Shown here piece after piece: positions 7,901-17,219 of a stretch of DNA of 64,000 nucleotides. This DNA comes from a virus. How positions within the stretch are numbered: the stretch's first letter is position 1; each line of letters starts with the position of its first letter. Where the stretch lies: IMG/VR virus record IMGVR_UViG_3300025383_001085. One strand, given 5' to 3'. A model generated the notes under the pieces. The model worked only from the letters and a program-made list of their open reading frames with translations. It searched no databases and was not told the DNA's origin. The position numbers were made by a program, and so were the translations under genes.

Positions 7901-8430
7901 AGTTCTTTTAGTTCAAACCTTTCTACTGCACTTTGAATTGCTTCAGCTTGTGCCACACAATCAGCCAAAGCGTTATGTGCCAGTGCGCCTGGCTTGCGAG
8001 TGTCTCCAAGAGCTTTCAACAAAGTTCTTGAATCACGAATTGAATAGTAAAACCAAGGAGCAGGTATTCCCAACTGTCTATATAAGTTTTCCAATATAAC
8101 AATATCAAACACTGGACCTTGCGCCCATATACGGTCAGCACCTACAACGAAACGATTTAGCTCTCGTGTAAAGTTAACTAAACCAATTCGGCCATCATCG
8201 CCTAATGCTTCTTCACGTACCTCTGGACTTTGTGTTCCCCACCAATCAACGGTGCCGGGATCTACGGCCCTTCCCAGGGCAATTTGTTCGTCAACGTCCA
8301 GACGGCAGTAAAGACCTTTGGTCATTGGTATACTGGCATTAAATGGATTAAATTTAACTGCACCGAACGTTAGCACTACTGCATCTGGAGATGTTGCCAG
8401 TGTTTCGATGTCCAGCATCACATCTGCCAT
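7897..8430 (-). CDS. DEDDh 3'-5' exonuclease (DexA/Rv2179c-like)
   Basis: MLDIETL, WAQGPVFD, RDSRT, HNALADC. Confidence 0.85.
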   Translation of the reverse strand: MADVMLDIETLATSPDAVVLTFGAVKFNPFNASIPMTKGLYCRLDVDEQIALGRAVDPGTVDWWGTQSPEVREEALGDDGRIGLVNFTRELNRFVVGADRIWAQGPVFDIVILENLYRQLGIPAPWFYYSIRDSRTLLKALGDTRKPGALAHNALADCVAQAEAIQSAVERFELKEL

Positions 8431-8742
8431 TTAAGCCACCGGTTCTAATTTGATTACCAAAGGAAACCCATTTGTACGGGCCAGTGATGTTACTTCAACA
8501 CCTTTTTGTTCTGCCATTTCAAATGGCAATGTAGCTGCAATACCGCTGCCAGTATCGTGTATTTTTTGAGTTAATGCTTCTGCATCAATTTGAGTGTAGT
8601 CAAAAATGATAACCAAAGTTTCAATTACAAATTCACGTGTAGTAACTTCGTCGTTGATATAAACTACATTATAAAGTACAGGTTCAGGAATATCTTCCCG
8701 TGGTGTAATTCTTGATTTGATTGTTGGGTCTGCTGTTGTCAT
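8431..8742 (-). CDS. clpS: Clp protease adaptor ClpS
   Basis: YNVVYINDEVTTREFVI, IH..GSG, EMAEQK, GFPL motifs. Confidence 0.85.
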   Translation of the reverse strand: MTTADPTIKSRITPREDIPEPVLYNVVYINDEVTTREFVIETLVIIFDYTQIDAEALTQKIHDTGSGIAATLPFEMAEQKGVEVTSLARTNGFPLVIKLEPVA

Positions 8743-8763
8743 AGTTATTAATAGTAAAACTAT

Positions 8764-8792
8764 ATTATACTATAAGATAGATTTATTGTCAA
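8764..8792 (-). promoter_or_regulatory. Consensus sigma70 promoter for clpS operon
   Basis: TTGACA-17-TATAAT. Confidence 0.85.
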
Positions 8793-8815
8793 CAGTTAGC
8801 GGACCCGCTAACTGT
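8792..8815 (-). terminator. Hairpin after hsp20, abutting the clpS -35 element
   Basis: ACAGTTAGCGG-ac-CCGCTAACTGT perfect inverted repeat; weak U tract. Confidence 0.6.
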
Positions 8816-8825
8816 ATATCACCAA

Positions 8826-9284
8826 TTACTTGGTAAATGTGATTGCAATTTTCTTGGGTTTTTGTTCTTCGGGAACAATCAACTCAAGTGCAACACTCAA
8901 AATACCGTTTTGAACTGTTGCAGCACGCACTTCTACGTTTTCCGCTAGGGGGAAATTACGTGTAAAGTTGCGGTTGCTAATACCTTTGTGTAGATATTTC
9001 AATTCTTTGGTATCGTCTTTTTTTGATTTCTCAGCTCTTTCACCTTTTACGGTTAAGATATTTTCTTTGAGTTCCACATCGATCTCATTTTGCTTGAAAC
9101 CGGCAACTGCAACTTCTACCACAAAATGTGTGTCATCCAATTGGATTACATTATGCGGAGGATAGTTATCCGAAGTACGATTAGAAGCAAAGCTACGCTC
9201 TAATTCTTCAAACATACGGTCGAAACCGATAGCGTGACGATGTAAAGCAGGTAAGTCGAGAGTTTGGAATGTAAATTGTGTCAT
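8826..9284 (-). CDS. ibpA: Small heat-shock protein Hsp20 (IbpA-like)
   Basis: IGFDRMF, NYPPHN, AVAGF, YLHKGIS.RNF.R.F.LA, NGIL; AAGGAG RBS before ATG 9284. Confidence 0.9.
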   Translation of the reverse strand: MTQFTFQTLDLPALHRHAIGFDRMFEELERSFASNRTSDNYPPHNVIQLDDTHFVVEVAVAGFKQNEIDVELKENILTVKGERAEKSKKDDTKELKYLHKGISNRNFTRNFPLAENVEVRAATVQNGILSVALELIVPEEQKPKKIAITFTK

Positions 9285-9312
9285 GTTTTTCTCCTTAATA
9301 AGCAAGTATGAC
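9280..9312 (-). promoter_or_regulatory. ROSE-like RNA thermometer hairpin sequestering SD and AUG of hsp20
   Basis: GUCAU-A-CUUGCUU-AUU-AAGGAG-AAAAAC-AUGAC: UUGCU pairs with the SD leaving a bulged G; GUCAU pairs with AUGAC. Confidence 0.65.
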
Positions 9313-9350
9313 GTTTGAAAATGTAGACCCCACCCGGGCATCTACAGCTG

Positions 9351-9381
9351 TATTTATACTAGAAAATCACCAATCTGTCAA
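9351..9381 (-). promoter_or_regulatory. Composite promoter (sigma70 -35 plus TATAAATA late box) for hsp20
   Basis: TTGACA-17-TATAAATA. Confidence 0.7.
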
Positions 9382-9408
9382 TAATCTAGTATAATTTTGG
9401 TAAACAAA

Positions 9409-9681
9409 TTAAATTTTGTCTACCAAATTTTTGACCCATACTGTTGGGTCTTGATCTTTGTAGTCTCTGCAGTCAACTACTAGTTTTGAATTGTTACGTA
9501 CACCTTCGTGCCAATTGATGTCGTTCATTTCGTTGTTGTAGTAGTACACATCAACCAATTTGTTTTCATCAACGGCATCAACTATTTCTTGGCATTCTTC
9601 TTGAGTCCAATAACAATTACGTACAAAAATCCTTGGGATTTCTGTACTGTATTCATAATCTGGGGGCGACAAAATTCTCAT
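9409..9681 (-). CDS. Hypothetical protein
   Basis: 90 aa; ATGA overlap with upstream gene. Confidence 0.65.
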   Translation of the reverse strand: MRILSPPDYEYSTEIPRIFVRNCYWTQEECQEIVDAVDENKLVDVYYYNNEMNDINWHEGVRNNSKLVVDCRDYKDQDPTVWVKNLVDKI

Positions 9682-10445
9682 AGTTTTGCTTTTATCATTA
9701 AGTGCCAGCCTAGAGCTTTTTCCATAATTTTGAATAGCTCGTCGGGCATCGCTTCAAACCAAGGTTGTTTTACATACTCGTATTTGACATAGTGTTCGAT
9801 GTTCCAAGGAAAGATAAAATCTTGTTTGACATCAACATCACTGAATGCGTGAAATAATTCGCGAACTTCGGCATCAGTATAGGTTACTGCTTGTGGGCAA
9901 CCATTTTGTGCTTCGGGCTGATCCCAACCTGCATTAATTAAAATGTTTTTCCAACTGTCTTTGGCATACAACATAACACGAACTTCACCACCAGGATTCA
10001 ATAATCCAGGCAAGCAGTCAACGATTCGTTGTGGATCTGGACTATGATGGATAACACCAAAACTATAGATCAAGTCAAACTTTTCGCCTGCCAATAGAGT
10101 ATCCAACTGTTCAGCATCGCCGGCAAATACACGACCGGTTAGACCAAACACATCTAAACGTTGTTGGCAAATTTTAACACTTTCTTCGCTAAGATCAATA
10201 CCAGTGTAGTCAGCACCTGCACGGCAGAAGCTAACAGCATCAGTGCCAATACCACAACCAATTTCTAATACACGAAGACCTTTCCAACTTTGGAAATCAG
10301 CAAACACATAACTATGTGGTTCGATTTTATATCTACGTGCTTCTACTTCATCAAAGTATTCTTTGGTTCCTACAGGACTTGTACTGTGTCTGATATTACA
10401 GGGTCTTGAATTCCAAAAATTCTTTACTTCATCAATTGTTACCAT
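9678..10445 (-). CDS. Class I SAM-dependent methyltransferase
   Basis: [35 protein letters not shown]. Confidence 0.9.
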   Translation of the reverse strand: MVTIDEVKNFWNSRPCNIRHSTSPVGTKEYFDEVEARRYKIEPHSYVFADFQSWKGLRVLEIGCGIGTDAVSFCRAGADYTGIDLSEESVKICQQRLDVFGLTGRVFAGDAEQLDTLLAGEKFDLIYSFGVIHHSPDPQRIVDCLPGLLNPGGEVRVMLYAKDSWKNILINAGWDQPEAQNGCPQAVTYTDAEVRELFHAFSDVDVKQDFIFPWNIEHYVKYEYVKQPWFEAMPDELFKIMEKALGWHLMIKAKL

Positions 10446-11151
10446 TTGCTATCCTTAATCTAAGTTTAGTTTGCCATTCGGCTAAATCTCGTCTACGGTC
10501 AGGGTGACTGTAGTCTTCGGGGTTTGTTGGGTCTCTGCCGTCGGCAGCATAGCTTTGTTCTCGGAATGTTTCATCATTGTTACCGCCAGTGACATCTGCA
10601 CGATCATGATAAACAGTTACATTAAGGTTGCGCAATCTGCCCATTGGAGCAGTTACATTATAGATCCACCAGTCACTGTGGTTTACAGGACTGATACAAC
10701 CAAATTCCTCGATCCACCCTCTGGGGATGATAGGAAATAGTGCGAAAGGATGATTCATATTAACACAGGGCATACGCAGTAGTCCCCAGTAATCGTTATT
10801 TGCTAGAATTTCTGTATCCCAGTGATCGGTCAGCATCAACGCATCGTCATTCCAAAACATAATCCAATCTCCGGAAGCTTGTGTTCCCAAGAAGTTTACA
10901 TATTTGTATAAACGCAAATATCCAAATCTTTCAGACTCAAATACTTTGGTAGTTGCTCCGCTTTGTGTTACAAAAGGATGCCAAGTAGTAGAGAAAAACT
11001 CTTTACTTTCTTCATCGTCGTCATCATACGCAATTAATATTTCTATATTTTCAGGATTATCAGCTGCAGCTAACAAGCTGCCTATGCTTTTAACGACTGT
11101 TTCTGTGCGTTTACGTGTGGGTAGTAATATTGATATTTTAGGTGTTGTCAT
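10432..11151 (-). CDS. GT-A (GT2-like) glycosyltransferase
   Basis: [31 protein letters not shown]. Confidence 0.75.
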   Translation of the reverse strand: MTTPKISILLPTRKRTETVVKSIGSLLAAADNPENIEILIAYDDDDEESKEFFSTTWHPFVTQSGATTKVFESERFGYLRLYKYVNFLGTQASGDWIMFWNDDALMLTDHWDTEILANNDYWGLLRMPCVNMNHPFALFPIIPRGWIEEFGCISPVNHSDWWIYNVTAPMGRLRNLNVTVYHDRADVTGGNNDETFREQSYAADGRDPTNPEDYSHPDRRRDLAEWQTKLRLRIANGNN

Positions 11152-12910
11152 TTGTTAATTTTTTGAGTTCTGCTTCAACAAGCTCTTGTTCGCTTGCACT
11201 TAGTTGATCTAGTTCATATTCTCCAGTACTTAATTTTTGTATTAAGAACTGTATATATTGCTCATCGTAAGTATACGAGTCTGTTCTTGATTTGTCAATC
11301 TCTATCCAAATAAATCCATTGAATCGAAACAATTTATTTGGTAAAAAATCCACTCTTAGAAAGAGATCGCCCTTTGTTGCACTTGATGGAAATTCTATCC
11401 CAAAGGTGCTGCTGATGGTGGTTTTGTCTTCATTGTCTGCTACTAGTCCCATTTTGGGAATATGCATAGTTTCTGGAACACTGATGTGTTCGGCTTTTTT
11501 ACGTTGTGCAGTTTCAAGATTTACTGGAATATCACTGGCGGCAGGAAGTTCTAGTAGCTCATCCAAAGAAACAGGGCTTGTTGGTTCTGGAACTACTGCA
11601 GTTTCTACGGGCACTTCTATTTCAAATTCTGGCTCGGGCTCTTCTTCTGAAGATACTGTAAATAAATCACTTCGAGTAGTTAGGTTTCCAGTGGGTGCAT
11701 ATTGTTCAGCATCTTCTGCTAGTTCAGCAAGTTGATCTTCAGCAAGTGCTCCGTTATCCTCAGGATACAAAGGAGCTACCAATGGTTTTACACCATCTAA
11801 TCCTTCGCCCCAAGGTCTGTTCAAATAAGGGTGTAGTTCATATAGTGTGGGTTCAGGCTTGGGCAATTCCGTTGCAAATTCAATTGTTTCGCCACTGACT
11901 GCATCAGCCACATCACACTCTTTGTTAGGACAGAATGGACCTATGCCAGGAGCAATTATTAATGGTGTGCCGCACTTGTAGCAAGGATCTAATGTAGGGT
12001 CGCTAGGAGGTTCTCCTTCCGATTGCTCGGCCTGCGTATCTTTGGTCATCTCGCCAGATGTGTGTTCCTCCTCAACGCTTTGTAACTCTTCCGGTGTGGG
12101 CTTTTCACCAACAAATGTATCTAATTCTGCAATAGTAGGATGGGGTTCTTTTTCTTTTTTGACCCACCCAAATGTCATTTGTGCTGCCAATAACATCACA
12201 ACTGCCAGTGGATCAAATACAATAACGATTAAGATAATGACCCAGGTTACTGCTCGTTCCAGAATCGACGCATCTGGATTGTCGCCATATACAAAGGCTG
12301 CGATATACTTAATTGGACCTACTTCTGCTTCAACTTTACGATTCTCTGCACGTATAGGTGCCGCTTCGTCATTAAGCTGACTAATTGTTTTCTGGTTCGA
12401 TTCGATATCACGGGCAAGAGCCTGACGGTCTTTTTGTTGCGATTTGCGTACAACGTTTGCTTTATCGGCACCTTTTTCATCAGTGCTTCGGCCCATGATT
12501 TGGTCCACAGCATCATCCATTTGTTTAATTTGCTTGCGGTCAACTTCGATATTTTCTTTTGCCGTCTTAATCTTCTCATCATATATTGCAATCTTTGATT
12601 GTACGTCACCCGAAACCAATGTTTGGTCACTGTGTGCTTTACTTAAGAATCCAAAAATACCCAAGCTGGTAATAACCATTAGAATAGCCACTGCCACTAC
12701 CGCATAACTTTTCATCAGTACAGGTAGTCGACTCCAGTGTTGCTTGACCCAACTTGCAGTAACCAACTTACCAATTTCCAAACTAATACCCATGATCATA
12801 ATGGGTATAGCAGCTGCTGAGAAAATAGCCATTAAACCCATCACTGAGTAATAAATGGCCACTGCTGAAATGGTTAGGCCGGAAAATAGTAGTAAGACTG
12901 CAAGGATCAT
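11138..12910 (-). CDS. Multi-TM coiled-coil protein with acidic tail and Zn ribbon
   Basis: Three N-terminal TMs, coiled coil, fourth TM (IVIVFDPLAV), CYKC...CPNKEC, acidic linker. Confidence 0.7.
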   Translation of the reverse strand: MILAVLLLFSGLTISAVAIYYSVMGLMAIFSAAAIPIMIMGISLEIGKLVTASWVKQHWSRLPVLMKSYAVVAVAILMVITSLGIFGFLSKAHSDQTLVSGDVQSKIAIYDEKIKTAKENIEVDRKQIKQMDDAVDQIMGRSTDEKGADKANVVRKSQQKDRQALARDIESNQKTISQLNDEAAPIRAENRKVEAEVGPIKYIAAFVYGDNPDASILERAVTWVIILIVIVFDPLAVVMLLAAQMTFGWVKKEKEPHPTIAELDTFVGEKPTPEELQSVEEEHTSGEMTKDTQAEQSEGEPPSDPTLDPCYKCGTPLIIAPGIGPFCPNKECDVADAVSGETIEFATELPKPEPTLYELHPYLNRPWGEGLDGVKPLVAPLYPEDNGALAEDQLAELAEDAEQYAPTGNLTTRSDLFTVSSEEEPEPEFEIEVPVETAVVPEPTSPVSLDELLELPAASDIPVNLETAQRKKAEHISVPETMHIPKMGLVADNEDKTTISSTFGIEFPSSATKGDLFLRVDFLPNKLFRFNGFIWIEIDKSRTDSYTYDEQYIQFLIQKLSTGEYELDQLSASEQELVEAELKKLTNDNT

Positions 12911-12943
12911 AAGTTAGTATTTATTATCAATATTAAAGGCAAC

Positions 12944-13207
12944 TTAATATTCAATGCCGTAACTTTCTTTACCGTACCCATAGTATTCGGCCATCTCGGC
13001 AAGCTCTGCATCTGAAGGGTATTCGATTTCAGGAGCATTGTACAATGCATCAAATCGTTCTGCTTCGGCAACTGCACTCTGCAGATCAGTGGCAGTAAGT
13101 ATAACAGTTTCTGCTTCAATACTGTGTCCGCCTTCCAGTTGCACACTTAATCGCATTTCATATTTGCTGGTACGATTGTTAAATTTTACTGTGTAATCAC
13201 TGTACAT
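12944..13207 (-). CDS. Hypothetical protein
   Basis: 87 aa; AAGGA RBS. Confidence 0.6.
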   Translation of the reverse strand: MYSDYTVKFNNRTSKYEMRLSVQLEGGHSIEAETVILTATDLQSAVAEAERFDALYNAPEIEYPSDAELAEMAEYYGYGKESYGIEY

Positions 13208-13250
13208 AAATTATCCTTTTGTTGATGCGAGTTAAGAAATTGTTTTTGTA

Positions 13251-13508
13251 TTATATCTCTAAGGTTTTTCTTAAAGAGCGAATATTCTTGTATTGTACAC
13301 GAATTAGTGTTAAATGTAAACCGCTTTTAAGCCGCAGCGGCAAGTCTAAACTAATCATAACCATAGGGCCTTCTGCGGCATTGCGAATGTTGTCAACACC
13401 CACAGTACCAACAAACGGCACACCTTGATAAACACCGCTTACTCTATCGCCAAAACGATATCGCGGTTTATCAATGGTTCTTTCAAAGAACTCGGTTAGG
13501 TTGCCCAT
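13251..13508 (-). CDS. Hypothetical protein (SH3-like beta pattern)
   Basis: Probable start MGNLTEFF, 1 nt after upstream stop. Confidence 0.55.
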   Translation of the reverse strand: MGNLTEFFERTIDKPRYRFGDRVSGVYQGVPFVGTVGVDNIRNAAEGPMVMISLDLPLRLKSGLHLTLIRVQYKNIRSLRKTLEI

Positions 13509-13509
13509 T

Positions 13510-13677
13510 TTATCTATCTGCGTAGTCGGGATCTTGAGCAATGCCTGCTTCAAAATCATCTACAATAGCTGCTGCCATATCATTCAAATAAAGTATGTTA
13601 TATGGCAATCCGTGTGTATCAAAATACTGTGATATCCAATCTGCTAAATCGAACATATCTGGTTTATCTATTTCCAT
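13510..13677 (-). CDS. 55-aa acidic hypothetical protein
   Basis: MEIDKPDMFDLADW...; AGGAG RBS; below ORF-track cutoff. Confidence 0.55.
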   Translation of the reverse strand: MEIDKPDMFDLADWISQYFDTHGLPYNILYLNDMAAAIVDDFEAGIAQDPDYADR

Positions 13678-13686
13678 TTTTGGCTC

Positions 13687-13794
13687 CTAAGGGATTGATG
13701 CTACTAAAAAAATTAAAAATGCCCAACCAGGATGTCCAAATAATAAAGACAGCAAGGCGAGCATAGTTCCAAAGAATATGCGATCGTCGTTCAT
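13687..13794 (-). CDS. 35-aa membrane peptide
   Basis: MNDDRIFFGTMLALLSLLFGHPGWAFLIFLVASIP; ATGA overlap. Confidence 0.5.
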   Translation of the reverse strand: MNDDRIFFGTMLALLSLLFGHPGWAFLIFLVASIP

Positions 13795-13955
13795 TTAGAT
13801 TTGATACGATTGATTACTGATAACGCATCTTCGTAACCACTGGTCTCTACCTGTAGTTCGAAATATTGTTCTTGAAGTTTTTGATATTCATTTGCCCAAG
13901 TTTCAAATGCACCTTTGGGCATTGGTACTGGTACAGTATATTTGTATTTGTCCAT
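13791..13955 (-). CDS. 54-aa hypothetical protein
   Basis: MDKYKYTVPVPMPKG...; AAGGA RBS. Confidence 0.55.
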   Translation of the reverse strand: MDKYKYTVPVPMPKGAFETWANEYQKLQEQYFELQVETSGYEDALSVINRIKSK

Positions 13956-13967
13956 TGTGTGTTTCCT

Positions 13968-14606
13968 TTATGCTTTGTCTAAAAAGAACAAGTGTGTTAA
14001 CCGAGAATTTTCTCTGGTAGTACCAAACTGCTTGCCGATTGAATGCCACAACCAAGGTCTAAAAAATACAGCTCGATTATACTTGATCGGAACATTCATT
14101 ACTTCTGTCCATTTGCTTTCATCTAAGCCGTCGGTTTCAAAAAAGTTTTTTAACGCACCAACCCCGCGTAATTCGGGAATATTTACCAACGCATCTTCAC
14201 AGCCATATTTGTTGTGACGCCAAAATTTAGTGCCTGCATCTATTATTTTTCCACTGGGTAAAGTGTAATGTTCAGGCAAAGACAAATAGCAAACACCGGC
14301 CCAACGTTGGTTTACATTTGGGTCAAAATGTATAAGTTGTTTGCAAGGATCTTTTTTAGCAGTAATTCTAAAATTGCCACAACCACTGTTAGGAGTGGGT
14401 TTTACTTTTTCTCCTAGAATAGATTCAAATAATTCCATTGGAGGTAGCTCAACTGTGGTAGACTGTAACCCAGGCCAATTTTGCTCGTGTGTTATAGTTT
14501 TTTGATATTCTGCAGAGGTTAACGCATACTGTCTTACTACATCCGGATTGGGATAAAAGTTATCGACTATAACATACGTGGGGAAGTCAGGGTTAAACTT
14601 GTTCAT
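13968..14606 (-). CDS. DUF6445-like putative 2OG-Fe(II) oxygenase
   Basis: IVDNFYPNPD.VR, IHFD, WAGVCYL, GT.FWRH, YNRAVFF...WHS, RLT..FF. Confidence 0.7.
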   Translation of the reverse strand: MNKFNPDFPTYVIVDNFYPNPDVVRQYALTSAEYQKTITHEQNWPGLQSTTVELPPMELFESILGEKVKPTPNSGCGNFRITAKKDPCKQLIHFDPNVNQRWAGVCYLSLPEHYTLPSGKIIDAGTKFWRHNKYGCEDALVNIPELRGVGALKNFFETDGLDESKWTEVMNVPIKYNRAVFFRPWLWHSIGKQFGTTRENSRLTHLFFLDKA

Positions 14607-14627
14607 CGATGTTTACAATAGTTTCTT

Positions 14628-14942
14628 TTAATATTGATTTAATTGTGGAGCTAATTCTGCAATTAACTCACGCTCTCTGCTGTGTGCGGGCTTACGACCA
14701 CGTACAATTTCCATAACTTCAACTTCAAACGCTTCAGCACCGTGTGCTCTAATACTCTTACACAAATTCCAATCTTTGCCTTCTGTTAGGGCACGACGAA
14801 TGTGTTTTTGTACACGAACTTTTACTGCTTTTTTTACTGCTGAACCACATACAGTAATACCGATGTAGGATTCTGCGGTGTTAGTGTTTACTAACATATA
14901 CACAGCGTGTTTAGTATCTTGACGGCGTTTTCTTTTCATCAT
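14628..14942 (-). CDS. Stand-alone GIY-YIG nuclease-family protein
   Basis: AVYML...YIGIT, R...H, E..LI.....LN. Confidence 0.75.
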   Translation of the reverse strand: MMKRKRRQDTKHAVYMLVNTNTAESYIGITVCGSAVKKAVKVRVQKHIRRALTEGKDWNLCKSIRAHGAEAFEVEVMEIVRGRKPAHSRERELIAELAPQLNQY

Positions 14943-14947
14943 AATGT

Positions 14948-14977
14948 ATTATAACACAAATGGGTTATTTTAGTCAA
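14948..14977 (-). promoter_or_regulatory. sigma70-type promoter
   Basis: TTGACT-18-TATAAT with TG extension. Confidence 0.65.
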
Positions 14978-15013
14978 TAACCCTACGAAGAAAATGGGTA
15001 TCAAAAGTAATAC

Positions 15014-15265
15014 TTAGGTATTACTTTTTTTAGGTAATCTGGTGTTAATTTTAGTACTACTTTTGAACTCTTTTCGTACATAATACTGTACCATTTTGTA
15101 GTTAATACACGACGGCAAGTCCAAGTAGGGCTCTTCGAGTACAAATTGATAAGCACAATCTGCCCAAGTATTAGTCTTCAAAAAGTTAAAATACGCCCTA
15201 CGATGTTCTTGATTTTCAGCATCAAAAACAGTATAGGGGCGGGAAAGTAAAAAAGTCTTTAACAT
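15014..15265 (-). CDS. Hypothetical protein
   Basis: 83 aa; own promoter. Confidence 0.65.
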   Translation of the reverse strand: MLKTFLLSRPYTVFDAENQEHRRAYFNFLKTNTWADCAYQFVLEEPYLDLPSCINYKMVQYYVRKEFKSSTKINTRLPKKSNT

Positions 15266-15295
15266 AGATACCTTAATTAGTTGAACTTATCCAGT

Positions 15296-15324
15296 ATTAT
15301 AGCAGTAAACCGAAATATCGTCAA
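15296..15324 (-). promoter_or_regulatory. sigma70-type promoter
   Basis: TTGACG-17-TATAAT with TG extension. Confidence 0.75.
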
Positions 15325-15332
15325 CTGTTGTT

Positions 15333-15542
15333 TTAATGCAACGTTCCCGATGTAAATTCGCTTACACCGTAAATCTGCATAATTTTTAGCACCTGCTCGG
15401 GATATTCCATAGTATCAAAATCTTCGGGCATCAATACTGATTTAAGTTTACCATTTGGGCTAATAACAAAAATATAATCCTCGTCGTCGATGTTGTCAAC
15501 AATGTCGGCTTGGGATAAATCATATTGAGTTGTGTAAGTCAT
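15333..15542 (-). CDS. Hypothetical acidic protein
   Basis: 69 aa; overlaps upstream gene. Confidence 0.6.
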   Translation of the reverse strand: MTYTTQYDLSQADIVDNIDDEDYIFVISPNGKLKSVLMPEDFDTMEYPEQVLKIMQIYGVSEFTSGTLH

Positions 15543-16179
15543 AATATTGTCGCTCCAGTAGTTTATAATTTTTTTTGCTGAATCGTTTTAATTTGATTAA
15601 AATTGGATGATCCTTACCAAATGTTTTCGAGTACAATTTGAACACAGTGGTGTTTTCTATTTTAACTTTTTTATTCGGTAAAAAATCTGCCATATCAGCG
15701 GCTATGTTGAAAGCGTAAGCTTCTACCTCGTCAGGGATACCAAAGTACTCCTGTTTTTCTCTAAGAGAACTTGTTCGGGTAGTACTGTTATAATATCTGC
15801 CGTCTCTAAATTCTCTTCTTCTAAACTGATGCAAATGAATGTATTCGTGTCCCATAATGGTCACAATATCTCTTACTAAAATGGACCAAATGGCCCGAGT
15901 CAAATCTGTTTCTGCAAGTTGATATTCTATGGCGTTTCTGGGAAAGTCTATTTCGATTTCTATACAGGGCTTACCATCTTCGTCTAATTCAGGATCATAC
16001 AATCCACTGACCAAGAAGTTATTGCCGGTAACCAACAATGTGTTATTACCAACTATACGAACTTCGGAAAAAGGTAAGGCTCGATTCAATTTGCGGACTA
16101 TGGTTTTATAGTCTACAATCTTTCCCTCTAGCCTGGTATAAATCTTATCCAGTCGTTCGATGATCTCGAAATAATTCAT
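15520..16179 (-). CDS. HExxH (zincin-like) protein
   Basis: GHEYIHLHQ ... PDEVEAYA. Confidence 0.6.
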   Translation of the reverse strand: MNYFEIIERLDKIYTRLEGKIVDYKTIVRKLNRALPFSEVRIVGNNTLLVTGNNFLVSGLYDPELDEDGKPCIEIEIDFPRNAIEYQLAETDLTRAIWSILVRDIVTIMGHEYIHLHQFRRREFRDGRYYNSTTRTSSLREKQEYFGIPDEVEAYAFNIAADMADFLPNKKVKIENTTVFKLYSKTFGKDHPILIKLKRFSKKNYKLLERQYYDLHNSI

Positions 16180-16185
16180 TAGCGA

Positions 16186-16509
16186 TCACTTAAAAAGAAT
16201 AAGTGCCATCAATACGGCCTGGCCGATAAATCCTACACCTATTGTAATGATATTTAACTGATCTCGCAAAATTACTGCCCGTGCAAATAAGAGTACTAAG
16301 CCGGCCCACAAAAAGAATATAATGTCTAAACTGGGTAGTTTATCAGTTAATCCTCCCATAATGGCCAAGAATGTTGGTATCGTTGCACAATGTAACACGA
16401 TTGCTGCTAGCCAGCCCAGTGTATCTGCAGTTAGTTTCTTAAAGTGATCCATAAAAAATTTACGAATCATGGCGTACAATCTCAGAAGACTAAATTCATT
16501 GAAACTCAT
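16186..16509 (-). CDS. 3-TM membrane protein
   Basis: Three hydrophobic helices; follows cell-wall hydrolase. Confidence 0.65.
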   Translation of the reverse strand: MSFNEFSLLRLYAMIRKFFMDHFKKLTADTLGWLAAIVLHCATIPTFLAIMGGLTDKLPSLDIIFFLWAGLVLLFARAVILRDQLNIITIGVGFIGQAVLMALILFK

Positions 16510-16510
16510 A

Positions 16511-17086
16511 CTATTCCTTATAGAAAATGTGTTGACCTATTTGAGCAAGTTTTTCTTTATGCCAACCTGGGTTGATGTTGGCAGCGTGAAAATATAACGC
16601 TTGATTTAAGCTGGGCAATCTAAAGTTTTCCAATAAAACTTTTTTGGCCACTTCGGCACTTTCTGCGTACATCTGTGGGTAAACTGGGTGTGTTCTAAAA
16701 TTGTTTTCACAGGCCCAAGAGAATTGGCAAATGACTTTTTCGTACATTATGTTCTTTTGGTAAACAACCCCACAAACACCAGTGCCAAATCTGCCACTGT
16801 TAACGCGGTTCATAGTGACCTGTGCAACCGCAACCTTGCCTTCAAAAGGCTCACTACCGGCTTCCCAGTAGATGTTCTTGGTTAAACAGTCGAGTTGTTT
16901 AGTACGTTCTGCAGCAGTTACTACAGCAGCGTCCTGATGAGACATCGTCTCACGTAAATGATTCAATTTGTTTTCTGTTACTGCTACTAGCACACTGGAG
17001 CAAATAAAAAATCCAATGGCTAACAAAAGTAATTTGGTTGAAAGAATCACTCGATTATAATAGATAGTTGATACAGCTGACGCCAT
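16511..17086 (-). CDS. SleB/Hydrolase_2 cell-wall hydrolase with N-terminal TM
   Basis: CL..NIYWEAGSEP..GKVAVAQVT.NRV, CGVVYQ, CQFSW, ALYFHA, IGQHIFY. Confidence 0.9.
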   Translation of the reverse strand: MASAVSTIYYNRVILSTKLLLLAIGFFICSSVLVAVTENKLNHLRETMSHQDAAVVTAAERTKQLDCLTKNIYWEAGSEPFEGKVAVAQVTMNRVNSGRFGTGVCGVVYQKNIMYEKVICQFSWACENNFRTHPVYPQMYAESAEVAKKVLLENFRLPSLNQALYFHAANINPGWHKEKLAQIGQHIFYKE

Positions 17087-17172
17087 ATTTTTCCTTTCTT
17101 TTTTTCGGAGTGTAATTTATATACCGTGTAAAAAACAGAGTTAACTGCTAACTTTACTAGTAAACATACACT

Positions 17173-17201
17173 ATTATACGGGTAAAATCAGTATAAATCA
17201 A
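17173..17201 (-). promoter_or_regulatory. sigma70-type promoter
   Basis: TTGATT-17-TATAAT. Confidence 0.6.
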
Positions 17202-17219
17202 CTGATTTGAAGTATTAAA

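Noticed and set aside
14628-14942. Mobile homing endonuclease
   Set aside because: Only the catalytic GIY-YIG domain (104 aa), no DNA-binding extension, and not inserted in a conserved gene.
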